A program made the position numbers and the translations under genes. A DNA stretch of 32,000 nucleotides, from NCBI RefSeq assembly GCF_000527095.1, contig NZ_AZUN01000001.1, positions 2,876,569-2,908,568 of the forward strand, given 5' to 3'. Below are positions 8,353-17,971 of this stretch, piece by piece. A model generated the notes under the pieces. The model was not told the DNA's origin, did not search any database, and saw only the letters and a program-made list of their open reading frames with translations. Positions within the stretch are counted from its first letter, which is position 1; each line of letters starts with the position of its first letter. The stretch comes from Methylomicrobium lacus LW14 (GTDB lineage Bacteria; Pseudomonadota; Gammaproteobacteria; Methylococcales; Methylomonadaceae).

Positions 8353-9330
8353 ATGAATATTATTGTGAACGGCGCCGCGCGCGAGTGCGCGGAGCACAGC
8401 ACCGTCGCCGCCTTGATTGCCGCGTTGGAATTGAACGGCAAGAAAATCGCGGTCGAATTGAACCAGGAAATTCTGCCTTATGATCAATATGGCGAACAGG
8501 CATTGAAAGACGGCGACCATATCGAGATCGTACATGCGATCGGCGGCGGCCAGGACGACTCTTTTGTGATCGCCGGCAAATCCTACCGCTCGCGCCTGTT
8601 GGTCGGCACCGGCAAATACAAGGATCTCGAAGAAACCCGGCTCGCGACCGAAGCCTCGGGCGCCGAGATCGTGACCGTCGCGATCCGCCGCACCAACATC
8701 GGCCAGAATAAGGACGAGCCTAACCTGCTCGACGTGATCTCGCCGGACAAATACACGATCCTGCCGAACACCGCCGGCTGCTATAGCGCCGAAGAAGCGG
8801 TCCGCACCTGCCGACTGGCCCGGGAGCTCTTGGGCGGCCATAAACTGGTCAAGCTGGAAGTATTGGCCGATCAGCTGACGCTGTTCCCCGATGTCGCGCA
8901 GACCTATATCGCCGCCGAACAGCTGGTCAAGGAAGGCTTCGAGGTGATGGTTTACACCAATGACGACCCGATCGCCGCGAAACGGCTCGAAGAGATCGGC
9001 TGCGTCGCGGTGATGCCTTTGGCCGCGCCGATCGGCTCGGGCCTCGGTATTCGGAACCCCTATAACATCCTGACCATCGTCGAAAACGCGAAGGTGCCGA
9101 TTCTGGTCGATGCGGGCGTCGGCACCGCCTCGGATGCGGCGATGGCGATGGAACTCGGCTGCGACGGCGTGTTGATGAATACCGCGATTGCGGCCGCGAA
9201 AAATCCGGTGCTGATGGCGTCCGCGATGAAAAAAGGCATCGAGGCCGGGCGCGAAGCGTTTTTGGCCGGACGCATGCCGCGCAAACGCTTCGCTTCCGCG
9301 TCTTCGCCGATCGAAGGCTTATTTTTTTAA
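8353..9330 (+). CDS. thiG: In-frame fusion of sulfur-carrier ThiS (aa 1-66, ending GGG) and thiazole synthase ThiG (aa ~67-325)
   Basis: The ThiS-like part is MNIIVNG...[16 protein letters not shown]. It is followed without a stop by [25 protein letters not shown]...LPNTAGC...KLEVL...[14 protein letters not shown]...[11 protein letters not shown]...MNTAIA, which are canonical ThiG blocks. The junction codons at 8542-8553 are ggc ggc ggc cag. Confidence 0.9.
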   Translation: MNIIVNGAARECAEHSTVAALIAALELNGKKIAVELNQEILPYDQYGEQALKDGDHIEIVHAIGGGQDDSFVIAGKSYRSRLLVGTGKYKDLEETRLATEASGAEIVTVAIRRTNIGQNKDEPNLLDVISPDKYTILPNTAGCYSAEEAVRTCRLARELLGGHKLVKLEVLADQLTLFPDVAQTYIAAEQLVKEGFEVMVYTNDDPIAAKRLEEIGCVAVMPLAAPIGSGLGIRNPYNILTIVENAKVPILVDAGVGTASDAAMAMELGCDGVLMNTAIAAAKNPVLMASAMKKGIEAGREAFLAGRMPRKRFASASSPIEGLFF

Positions 9331-9483
9331 GCCCGCATTTTCGAACGAAGCAAGGTACGCTCGACTGCATGGATGCAGGAGGTAGAGCAATGCAGGAGCA
9401 ATTGCCGAGTGCGTACCTTGCCAATACCCCAAATATCCGAAACCATCAGAAACGGTACGCACCGCGTATCCTACTATCCGTCC

Positions 9484-10170
9484 ATGTTGTCCGAAATTCA
9501 GTTTCCTCGCAAAATCAAAAGTTTCATTCGCCGCCAGGGGCGCCTGACCGCCGGTCAGCAGCTTGCCCTGGATAACCAGTGGCATGTTTACGGACTCGAT
9601 CCGAATATCGATTATGATTTTGCCGAGGTCTTCGGACGTAACGCGCCGCGCTGTATCGAAATCGGTTTCGGCAATGGCGAGAGCCTCGCGAAGATGGCGG
9701 CGGCGAATCCGGAAATCGATTATATCGGCATCGAAGTGCACCGGCCGGGCGTCGGCCACTTGTTGATGCTGCTGGCAGAGAAGAATCTGACCAATGTCAG
9801 GATCTATTGCCATGACGCGATCGAGATCCTCGAAAAACGGGTGCCGGACGACAGTTTAAGCGGCGTACATTTGTTTTTCCCCGACCCCTGGCCGAAGAAA
9901 AAACATCACAAAAGACGCATCGTGCAGCCCGGTTTTACCGAGCTATTGAGCAGAAAACTGAAGACGGGAGGCTATTTTCATGCCGCCAGCGACTGGCAGC
10001 ACTACGCGGAACAGATGCTGGCGGTGCTATCGGAACAAAAACGGCTAGCGAATGCCAGCCCCGGCGCCGCCTATTGTCCGCGCCCGGACTACCGGCCGCT
10101 GACCAAATTCGAGCAGCGCGGCATCAAATTGGGTCATGGGGTGTGGGATTTGATTTTCAGGAAACTCTGA
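9484..10170 (+). CDS. trmB: tRNA (guanine46-N7)-methyltransferase TrmB
   Basis: Internal ATG 9484 gives MLSEIQFPRKIKSFIRRQGRLTAGQQ...IEIGFGNGESL...DYIGIEVH...HLFFPDPWPKKKHHKRR...TKFEQRG, all TrmB hallmarks. Confidence 0.88.
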   Translation: MLSEIQFPRKIKSFIRRQGRLTAGQQLALDNQWHVYGLDPNIDYDFAEVFGRNAPRCIEIGFGNGESLAKMAAANPEIDYIGIEVHRPGVGHLLMLLAEKNLTNVRIYCHDAIEILEKRVPDDSLSGVHLFFPDPWPKKKHHKRRIVQPGFTELLSRKLKTGGYFHAASDWQHYAEQMLAVLSEQKRLANASPGAAYCPRPDYRPLTKFEQRGIKLGHGVWDLIFRKL

Positions 10171-10269
10171 GACTCTCTTCGAAATTCCCTTCGCCTTCCC
10201 CGCCCCAGAAGGGGTTAGGGAAAGTCAAACGGGGCAAACGTCAACAGGCATTACCGCCCGTGCAGACAG

Positions 10270-12210
10270 TCACTTGTTGTCGAACTGCAAGCCTTCCATC
10301 CGCATCAGCTTGATCATCATCGACAGCTCTTCGCGCCGCCTTCTGAGCTGTTTCAATTGCTCTTCAAGCGCGGTAATGCTTTCGGCGACGTTGCCTTTCG
10401 AGTCATTGATCTTTCTGAGCATCAACAGGCGTCCGTCGATCTGCTTTTTGTAATCCTTGATCTGATGCATCAGCGGCGTCATCACGTTACCGCTCCAGGT
10501 CGCCGCATCGTCGTGCGCCTGCTTAAGGATGTGCCGCGCCTTCGCGATTAACGTGCCATAGAGCTTGTTGATCACGATGCTTTGCTCGGTCATCGTTGTC
10601 TTGGCGCTGGCGCGGAAAGCCTCGCCCTCGGCAAAAACCTGCTCCAGCTCGAACTGATAGGTCGAGATCGAAAACAGCTGCGGCTCAATCTCGACAAAAC
10701 CGTATTCATCCTTGAATTTTTTGTGGATCGCCTTGACCAGGCGGCGGGTTTCATTGGTCAGGTCGACCGACTCCTGTAGCAAATCGCGCAATTCATCGAA
10801 CAACTTACGTATGTTTTGTTTCATGCTGTAAGTCGTCAGGCTCTTGGCCATGTCATCGCGGGTTCTGTTCACGATCTCGTCGATTCTTTCCTTAGCGAAC
10901 GAGTCGACCAGCATTTTTGCCTGCGTCAAAAACACCTGGCGGCTGGTCTGGAAATTCTCGACCGTCGCCATGTACTGGTTCTGCTTGTCACGCATTTCGG
11001 CCAGCAATTTGCCGGTCATGTCCTTGTTCTCGAAGTCGATTTTTTTGACTTCCTCGAGTTGGGAAATCGAATTGCTGTAAGACGAATCGGTCAGGCTCAA
11101 CGACTCATTGACCATGAAGCCGATGTCGCGAATGATCGCATTCATCAGGATCGTCCGGCGTTCCTTTAAAATATCGTTGGCCAGATAATTTTCGAGCGTC
11201 GCCAGCCGGCTTCTCTCGAGCAAATCCGTATCGTTTTTGACCTTGGCCAGCAAGGCCTGCTTGGCCGACACCGGGAAAATGGCCTTTTGATTGATTTTCA
11301 GGGTTTCGGCCGAAGCCTTGATCTGCGATTGAATCGCGCTTTCATAACCTTTTTCACCGGCCAGATCATCCCACATCGCGTCGATCTTGTTCATCACGAC
11401 CGCGACGCTTTGCTTGCTGCCGCTGCTGGCCTTGAATACATGGCTGCGCCACATTTCCAGATCGCTCTTGGTCACGCCGGTATCGGCGGCCAGCAAAAAC
11501 ACGATCGCCTGCGCGCTCGGCAACATGCTCAAGGTCAATTCCGGCTCGGTGCCGAGCGCGTTCAGGCCCGGCGTGTCAAGGATGGCCAGCCCTTCCTTCA
11601 ATAAAGCATGCGGAAAGCTGATCAGCGCATGCCGCCAGCACGGTATTTCCACTTTATCGGGATTCGCGTTGCCCTGCTCGGCGGCCTCGCGCTTGTTCCA
11701 TAAGCCCAGTTTTTCGGCAAGCTCGCGCTCGACCGGCTTTGTCGCCATCAGTTCCATGAAAGCTTCCTGCATTTGCGCAGGCGAATTGCAATCCAACGGA
11801 ATATGTTTCCAGCGCTTGGGCTGCTGTTTCAGTTCGACCAGGGAAATATCTTCCAGACGCGTTTCGATTGCTAACAAGCGGATATAGCTGCCGCCCGCCT
11901 CATCCCAAAACAATTCGGTCGGCGACATCGTGGTGCGGCCCGGCGACGAAGGCAATAGTCTCAGGCCGGTTTCGGCAAAGAATAGCGCATTAATCAGTTC
12001 GGTCTTGCCGCGCGAAAATTCAGCCGCAAACGCCAGCGTGATCCGATCGGACTTCAACCCGCTCAGGATGTTCAAAATCGTATTGTCGCTTTGCGTATCC
12101 TGCAAGCCATAGCGATGACGCCATTGCTGATACATGTCGATCGTTTGTATCAATTTTGCACGCCACTGCGAATATTCGCGCATTTGCTCTTTAAATTCCA
12201 GATTCCTCAT
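10270..12210 (-). CDS. Bacterial dynamin-like protein (dynamin-family GTPase)
   Basis: GTPase motifs are present: G1 EFSRGKTELINAL, G3 ILDTPGLNA and G4 VVMNKID, followed by a long coiled-coil-like stalk. I prefer ATG 12210 (MRNLEF...) to the TTG at 12231. Confidence 0.8.
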   Translation of the reverse strand: MRNLEFKEQMREYSQWRAKLIQTIDMYQQWRHRYGLQDTQSDNTILNILSGLKSDRITLAFAAEFSRGKTELINALFFAETGLRLLPSSPGRTTMSPTELFWDEAGGSYIRLLAIETRLEDISLVELKQQPKRWKHIPLDCNSPAQMQEAFMELMATKPVERELAEKLGLWNKREAAEQGNANPDKVEIPCWRHALISFPHALLKEGLAILDTPGLNALGTEPELTLSMLPSAQAIVFLLAADTGVTKSDLEMWRSHVFKASSGSKQSVAVVMNKIDAMWDDLAGEKGYESAIQSQIKASAETLKINQKAIFPVSAKQALLAKVKNDTDLLERSRLATLENYLANDILKERRTILMNAIIRDIGFMVNESLSLTDSSYSNSISQLEEVKKIDFENKDMTGKLLAEMRDKQNQYMATVENFQTSRQVFLTQAKMLVDSFAKERIDEIVNRTRDDMAKSLTTYSMKQNIRKLFDELRDLLQESVDLTNETRRLVKAIHKKFKDEYGFVEIEPQLFSISTYQFELEQVFAEGEAFRASAKTTMTEQSIVINKLYGTLIAKARHILKQAHDDAATWSGNVMTPLMHQIKDYKKQIDGRLLMLRKINDSKGNVAESITALEEQLKQLRRRREELSMMIKLMRMEGLQFDNK

Positions 12211-12414
12211 GGCAAGCCTTTTGTTTCTCAATATGCGTCTGTTAAGAGTCGAATGTCTGGATCAACAAGATGTTGAAATTCAAACTGTTAAGAAAACAAC
12301 TCGCGCAAACGGAAGCGCAAGCGCTTCCTCGGGAGAGTTTGCTTTAAAGTGTAGACCATATTTGATTTTGGCATAGTTGAATGCCCGGTTTTTTGCCATG
12401 CTCCGCAATTTTCG

Positions 12415-13059
12415 CTAAACCCCGTAGCGGTCGCGGTAGGCGGTGATGGCCTCCAGCACGCCGGGTCGTTCTCTGGCATTCTCGGTCAGATAGCCGATGA
12501 TGTTTGCCAGCGTGATAATCGACACGACCGGCATGCCGTAACGTTGCTCGACTTCGCTGATCGCGGAGCGTTCGTCCAGGCCTTTTTCCTGCCGGTCCAG
12601 CGCGATTACGACGCCGGCCGGCGTCGCCTGGGCGGCGCGAATGATCTCGACCGACTCCCGGACCGAGGTGCCGGCGGTGATCACGTCATCCAGGATCACC
12701 ACATTGCCTGCCAGCGGCGCGCCGACCAGCGTGCCGCCTTCGCCGTGATCCTTGCTTTCCTTGCGGTTGAACGCAAACGGAATGTCGCTGCCGGTCAGTT
12801 CCGCATAGGCGATCGAGGTGGTGCTGACCAGCGGGATGCCTTTATAAGCGGGCCCGTACAGGATGTCGGTCTTGATGCCGGACTGGATCAGCGCCTGCGC
12901 ATAGAAGCGTCCGAGGCGGCCCAGTTTCGCGCCGGTATTGAACAGGCCGGTATTGAAGAAGTAAGGACTGGTGCGGCCGGATTTCAATTGGAATTCGCCG
13001 AATCTGAGGACGCCGCATTCGAGCGCATAACGGATGAATTGTTGTTGATAGTCGTGCAT
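12415..13059 (-). CDS. pyrE: Orotate phosphoribosyltransferase
   Basis: The 214-aa ORF reads ...[17 protein letters not shown]...YKGIPL...KDHGEGG...[13 protein letters not shown], the PRPP-binding motif. Length is canonical for PyrE. Confidence 0.92.
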   Translation of the reverse strand: MHDYQQQFIRYALECGVLRFGEFQLKSGRTSPYFFNTGLFNTGAKLGRLGRFYAQALIQSGIKTDILYGPAYKGIPLVSTTSIAYAELTGSDIPFAFNRKESKDHGEGGTLVGAPLAGNVVILDDVITAGTSVRESVEIIRAAQATPAGVVIALDRQEKGLDERSAISEVEQRYGMPVVSIITLANIIGYLTENARERPGVLEAITAYRDRYGV

Positions 13060-13092
13060 AACAGTGATAGCTCTAAGGGTAGGTGAAAAAAA

Positions 13093-14226
13093 TCAGGTGA
13101 TGAAATTCTGCAAAACCGTATCCAGAAAATCCCAGCCTTTTTCGGAGCAAACATAGCGGCCGTCCTGAAGGATCAGCAGATTTTGCCGGCAATTGTTCGA
13201 CAAGCCGGGTTCCAGCGCGGCGGGCGCAAGGCCGGTCGCCGCGGTAAACGCATCCAGCGTGAAGCCTTGCTTCAGACGCAGATGATTCATCACGTATTCG
13301 AGCGGCAACTCCTGCACCACGATCGCCTGTGCGCCGCCCTGCCCGTGCGTGTCTTGCAGATATTGCTCTGGTCCTCTCGGCTTGCTGGTACGGACGATGT
13401 TTGCCGGCAAGGCCAGCGAAATCTTGCCGTGCGCGCCGGCGCCGATGCCCAGATAATCGCCGAATTGCCAATAATTCAGATTATGCCGGCATTGCCTTCC
13501 GGGCCGGCTGTAAGCCGAAATTTCATACTGCGCATAGCCGTGCTCGGCCAATAGCGCCTGACAGGCTTTTTGGGTCGCGAAAATCAGCTCGTCATTGGGC
13601 AGCTTCGGCGGAAATTTATAAAAATAGGTATTCGGCTCCAGCGTCAGCTGATAAAACGAAATATGCGTCGGATTCAGCCTGATCGCGGTGCGAATATCGT
13701 TGACGCCGTTGTCCTTGCTCGCGCCCGGCAAGCCGAACATCAAATCCAGGTTCAGATTGTCGAAGCCGGACTTTTGCGCGATGTCGACCGCGCGCAGCGC
13801 CTCGCGCGCCGAATGCACCCGGCCCAGCGCCTGTAGAAAGGTGTCGTCGAAACTCTGGATGCCGATCGACAGGCGGTTGATGCCGAGCGCGCGAAACTCG
13901 GCGAATTTCTCGCTTTCGAAAGTGCCGGGATTCGCTTCGAGCGTGATCTCGATATCGTCTACCCATCGGATCTGTTCGGCAATGCCGCTCAACAGACGGT
14001 CGAAGGCTTCCGGCGAAAACAGGCTCGGCGTGCCGCCGCCGACAAAAATGCTGTGGAGTGGCCGGGTGATGCGATAGCGCCGAATATCCTCGGCCAGATC
14101 GCGCAATAAGGCATCGACATAAGCCGTCTCGGGCGCGCCCTCCTTGACCGCGTGGGAATTGAAATCGCAATAGGGACATTTTTTGATGCACCAGGGAATG
14201 TGCACGTAAAGGCTGAGCGGTGGCAA
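13093..14226 (-). CDS. hemW: Radical SAM heme chaperone HemW (YggW; coproporphyrinogen-III-oxidase-like)
   Basis: The sequence PPLSLYVHIPWCIKKCPYCDFNSH carries the CxxxCxxC radical SAM motif, and ...FVGGGTPS...SIGIQSF is also present. The start is TTG at 14226, because an in-frame TAG lies two codons upstream. Confidence 0.88.
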   Translation of the reverse strand: MPPLSLYVHIPWCIKKCPYCDFNSHAVKEGAPETAYVDALLRDLAEDIRRYRITRPLHSIFVGGGTPSLFSPEAFDRLLSGIAEQIRWVDDIEITLEANPGTFESEKFAEFRALGINRLSIGIQSFDDTFLQALGRVHSAREALRAVDIAQKSGFDNLNLDLMFGLPGASKDNGVNDIRTAIRLNPTHISFYQLTLEPNTYFYKFPPKLPNDELIFATQKACQALLAEHGYAQYEISAYSRPGRQCRHNLNYWQFGDYLGIGAGAHGKISLALPANIVRTSKPRGPEQYLQDTHGQGGAQAIVVQELPLEYVMNHLRLKQGFTLDAFTAATGLAPAALEPGLSNNCRQNLLILQDGRYVCSEKGWDFLDTVLQNFIT

Positions 14227-14323
14227 GGACTATCGGGACAAATGATTGGAGAAGCGCGCAGTTTATCATGTTCACCCTCCGTCAAGGCGAACATTCCGAA
14301 CGTTCCCGCAAACTCTTAAAAAT

Positions 14324-16049
14324 TTATTCTGCCCGTCTGCTCACTTCATCCAGCAACTTGATGAAATTGCGCTTGGGTTTGAAGCGGCTGCGCAATTCCG
14401 CCAGATAATCCATAAACTCGCGCTTTCGTTCGGGGCCGTTCAGAATGCTTTCGATCCTCCGCACGAGTTCGACGGCCTCGGCATAGGCGGCATTGTTGGT
14501 TTGTTCTACGATGGTCGGAATGATCTGCCGATACAGAGCCAGGGCATCGTCAGGACGCTCCTTTTCCAGTTTGCCGGCCAGTTCGATCAGCAAATTCCGA
14601 TCGCGGACGCCCGCATGCGCCGCCGTCCAGGCATCATCCAGGTTGTTTTCCCACAACGCGATTTGCAGCCGCACGGAATAATCGGGCATGCCGGGCTTCG
14701 TTTTCCAATAGCTTACGGCGGCGGCTCCTCCGGCAATGGCGTCGGCCAGTTTCGCCAGCGCGCGCTCCCGCTGTTCGGGCCAAACGCCGAGCCGTTCGGA
14801 GACCGCGTGCAGCTTTTTATAATGGTCCAGGATTGGCCGCTCTTCGAACTGCACCCAGGTCAACTGCAAGGCTTCTTCGTTGCGTTGGCTTTTGAGATAA
14901 GCCGCGACCAGAAAATCGCGCAATCGATTGTCGGTGGCGGCAGGGAAAGCGTGCAGACCGCGTTCCGCCCATTCGAGCGCCTTGTCATCCCGGCCGTTCG
15001 CGGCCCATATCCCGGCGATGGTCAGATAACGGTAAGCCGTACTCAGATCGCGCGCCTTGATCGCCACCAGTTCTTCCACGTTGCCGCTCGCTTCGGCCAG
15101 GAACTCCATGATGCGGGTAATACGGTAGCGCTGGAAATCATAAGGGCTGTCGCCGTCACGAAAACCGATCTTGGCCCATTCCGCCTCGGCCAACTCCCGG
15201 TAACGGCGGAGGCCCGCCTCGCCCAGAAGGTCGCGGTAGGCCATCGCATTGATATCGCCGTAATCATTGGCAGGCGAGATTTCCATCCGGAACAGCCGCT
15301 CCGCCAGCGCTTGCGGGTCCGGCTTCGCCAGCCGGCAGGCTTGCAGGTGCAAATCGCCCAACCGGCTCAGGATGCCGCCGACCTCGCCGTTGGAATCGTC
15401 TATGTTGTCGAGCGCTTTTGCTACGCGTCCGATCGCATATTCGGTCAACTCCATCAGCATAGGTGCATCCTCCGGCGTCGATAAGGTCGCTATCGCATCC
15501 ACAACCTGATCGAGCTCATCCGCAAAAGCCCCCGCATCACCCCAGTCCATAAAACCGCGAACCTGGGTCGCCTTCTCGATGGCCTCGCGATAGGCCTTGA
15601 CGGCATGAGCGCCGCCGGCAACGGACTCGGCCTTGAGCAATAGCGTCCGGTATAGGCGATCATCCTGTTCCGCCGCATCCATCAACCACGCGATCAATGT
15701 GTCCGGCGACTGGATCTCCAGATAGTCCCGAATCGTGCGCCACGGATCGGGACGCTGGCCGCTGCCGTCTTCGTGTTCGGCAAGCCAGGCCAGACCGACC
15801 GCCACGCAGTGTTTGCAGAAAAAACCGTCCGCCGCGTTCGGACAACTGCAATCGTGTCCAAGATAGTCCCCGGTCGTCCCGCAGTTCGACATGGTAGGTT
15901 TCGGTGCCATCGACGCGCGCGCTGACTTTACGGCCCGTCTCGCGCAGCGGCCCTACTTGGCCGTCCTCATAATACGCCTCGCCGCGCGCGAAAACCGCTG
16001 GGCCGGCCAGGTTTTTGAGGGCGTTGCGGGTAATAAGCTTTTCAAACAT
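14324..16049 (-). pseudogene. SWIM zinc-finger family protein, split by a +1 frameshift at a G4 run (C4 on plus strand, 15868-15871)
   Basis: The N-terminal frame (ATG 16049) gives MFEKLITRNALKNLAGPAVFARGEAYYEDGQVGPLRETGRKVSARVDGTETYHVELRDDR. The next frame continues DYLGHDCSCPNAADGFFCKHCVAV (SWIM CxC...CxH) and then about 500 aa of helical repeats. Skipping one G restores a single ORF of about 575 aa. Confidence 0.7.
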
Positions 16050-16245
16050 AGATAAATTATGAGGGGGGTAAGATAAAATCACTGGTAAGCCGTAGGTCGC
16101 CAATAAACCACGACGGTGTTTTGCATTCGTTAAGGCGCACTGCACGGATCATCCATTTTGTAGACGGCATCGCCATTGCGCCATAATTCATATTCGCTGA
16201 TATCGATAGCCCGCGTAGGTCCTTATCCGCATAGCATGCTGGAAT

Positions 16246-17934
16246 TCATTTGCAAATATACGGCACTACAAAACGAATGTCCTTGCCATTCTGCCGAATC
16301 AAATTCCTAAGACCCAAAGACTTGAATTTTGGGTCTTTATGCAACCCTTTTTTATAATTCTCTTCGATGCTCACCGCGTCTTTATCGTAAATGGTAAAGT
16401 CACCATCGGCCAACTTTTTCATCCGCTTGACAAAACCACGAGTCAACTCAAAACATTCAATTTTATCTTTTACAAAGCCTAAAGCTGTAGTAAAGCCTTG
16501 TCTGCTAACCAAAATAGACACCATGCTTTCTTTATTTTCCAGTTCATTCTCCGCAACCCTAAACGAAAATAATTCATCGGCAAAGAAAACCGTTTCAGGT
16601 CTGATTGACAACCGAAATAAGCGATCCCGGCGATTTTCCATCACCAAATCTCTGCCGTTTAGAAAAGCCGCCAGTTCCATCAATTCCGCCCGAATGGGCG
16701 AATGTTCGTCCACTTCCAGCCAGCCATGAGGATGAAAACCGATATTTTTTTCGAGCGATGCGAATTCGAATTCAAAACCACGCAAATGTGCCGCCAGGCC
16801 AAGAATCAACGCTAATTGACGGGGAGTTAATGCTAAATCCAGCGGTTTTTCCTTACCCAGCACACCCGCCATGACGGGTTTTTCTGGATTTCTTGGCAGG
16901 GTAATGCCGTATTTTTCCTTATCCGACAAATAGCTCGGAACAAAGCTGTCCGGCAGGGCCGATAACTCGGCGGCCAGCGCCGCATGATTGCCGGCAAATT
17001 CATCATACAACGCCTTGATGTACGGAATTTTGCCGTCGGTGGTTTCCCCCCGTTCGATGTCGGCAAGTGAAAGCCAAGTCAGCCGAGAATCGCTATTCAC
17101 GCGTTGCTGTAAAAACAAATAACCGTCAAGCGTCAGTTCGATATTAAAAATATCCAGATAATACTCGGTCAAGGCATGATTTGGTGCCGCGCCTTGAACT
17201 TGTCGATACGGTTGCAAACGACGCCAGAGCTCGAATTTGTAATGTGTATCAAACACCAAGCCAGCCTCTTCGCGCAATTCCCGCTTCAAGGTTTCCGGCA
17301 AGGCGTTTTTAATGAGGGGCGAATCAGGCGATTGTAGCGCTTTTAGTAATTCGGCCTTGTCGGCCACACCCCACACGTCATGCTGATTGGCGCGTCCGCC
17401 GATCAAACCATAATCACCCGCTGTTCTGTCGAAATTCTTTTTTGTATCTTCGCGTTGGTAGAACAGAATTTTGCCGTCCAGCTTGATGATACTCCAGGCT
17501 ACGTAACAGTACCGAATCGGCTGAGCTTGTTGACTGATTTGATGTTGAAAACGCGCCTGCTCAATCCAGCGCAACACGTCGCGTTGTTGCTCTTTGCGGC
17601 TGTTGTCGATATCCCGAGTATTCCAGAAATGAGGCGTAAAAAAACGTGATTCGCCGTCGCTCATCGCGGTCAAAACCGAAGTTGCCAGCAACTGGGCCGG
17701 AAAAGAGACGAAACTCCATTCGCCTTTCGCAAGATCATCGAGGTTCAAAACCGACAAAGTATCGAGCAGCCTTTCGCACCACATGACCGTATTCTCGGCG
17801 ACAGCCGGCTCGACCGCATGATGCTCGCTGATCGCCCGAATTAAACTGATCCTATCGACGCTGTAAAAATCGCCTTCCTCTTCCGCATAACGCGGCAATT
17901 CCCGAATAAGCGTTTTGATTAGGTTATCGGCCAT
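16246..17934 (-). CDS. Large (562 aa) uncharacterised protein with a central Nudix-like domain
   Basis: Residues about 140-300 have a Nudix-fold-like layout. The signature RELREEAGL (REUxEExGU) is at aa 218-226, and the GG of the box is at aa 179-180. An insertion of about 25 aa interrupts the box. I do not recognise the flanking N- and C-terminal regions. Confidence 0.6.
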   Translation of the reverse strand: MADNLIKTLIRELPRYAEEEGDFYSVDRISLIRAISEHHAVEPAVAENTVMWCERLLDTLSVLNLDDLAKGEWSFVSFPAQLLATSVLTAMSDGESRFFTPHFWNTRDIDNSRKEQQRDVLRWIEQARFQHQISQQAQPIRYCYVAWSIIKLDGKILFYQREDTKKNFDRTAGDYGLIGGRANQHDVWGVADKAELLKALQSPDSPLIKNALPETLKRELREEAGLVFDTHYKFELWRRLQPYRQVQGAAPNHALTEYYLDIFNIELTLDGYLFLQQRVNSDSRLTWLSLADIERGETTDGKIPYIKALYDEFAGNHAALAAELSALPDSFVPSYLSDKEKYGITLPRNPEKPVMAGVLGKEKPLDLALTPRQLALILGLAAHLRGFEFEFASLEKNIGFHPHGWLEVDEHSPIRAELMELAAFLNGRDLVMENRRDRLFRLSIRPETVFFADELFSFRVAENELENKESMVSILVSRQGFTTALGFVKDKIECFELTRGFVKRMKKLADGDFTIYDKDAVSIEENYKKGLHKDPKFKSLGLRNLIRQNGKDIRFVVPYICK

Positions 17935-17971
17935 GGAGATTTCGAGTTTGAAGATAAAGTTGATCTGGAAT

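Noticed and set aside
7234-8841. 535-aa minus-strand ORF, the longest non-annotated ORF in the track
   Set aside because: It lies entirely antisense to the unmistakable DAHP synthase and ThiS-ThiG genes. Its translation is low-complexity and Arg/Ala/Gly/Asp-rich, typical of shadow ORFs in GC-rich DNA.
10194-10222. Imperfect hairpin (TTCCC..CCCC-agaa-GGGG..GGGAA) between convergent trmB and the dynamin-like gene
   Set aside because: The stem is interrupted and no U-tract follows on either strand, so support is too weak to call a terminator.
12311-12328. Perfect palindrome GGAAGCGC-aa-GCGCTTCC downstream of pyrE
   Set aside because: The 2-nt spacer leaves a short effective stem and there is no adjacent U-tract. 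It could be a terminator remnant or a binding site, but I cannot support either.
14246-15484. 412-aa plus-strand ORF
   Set aside because: It is antisense to the SWIM-protein gene. It shows biased Arg/Gly/Gln/Pro composition and no recognisable motif, so I treat it as a shadow ORF.
16050-16245. Short open frames in the gap left of the island (e.g. ...AIDISEYELWRNGDAVYKMDDPCSAP*)
   Set aside because: There is no start codon, each frame is under 50 aa, and I recognise no family. They might be gene remnants at the island junction, but that cannot be shown from the sequence alone.
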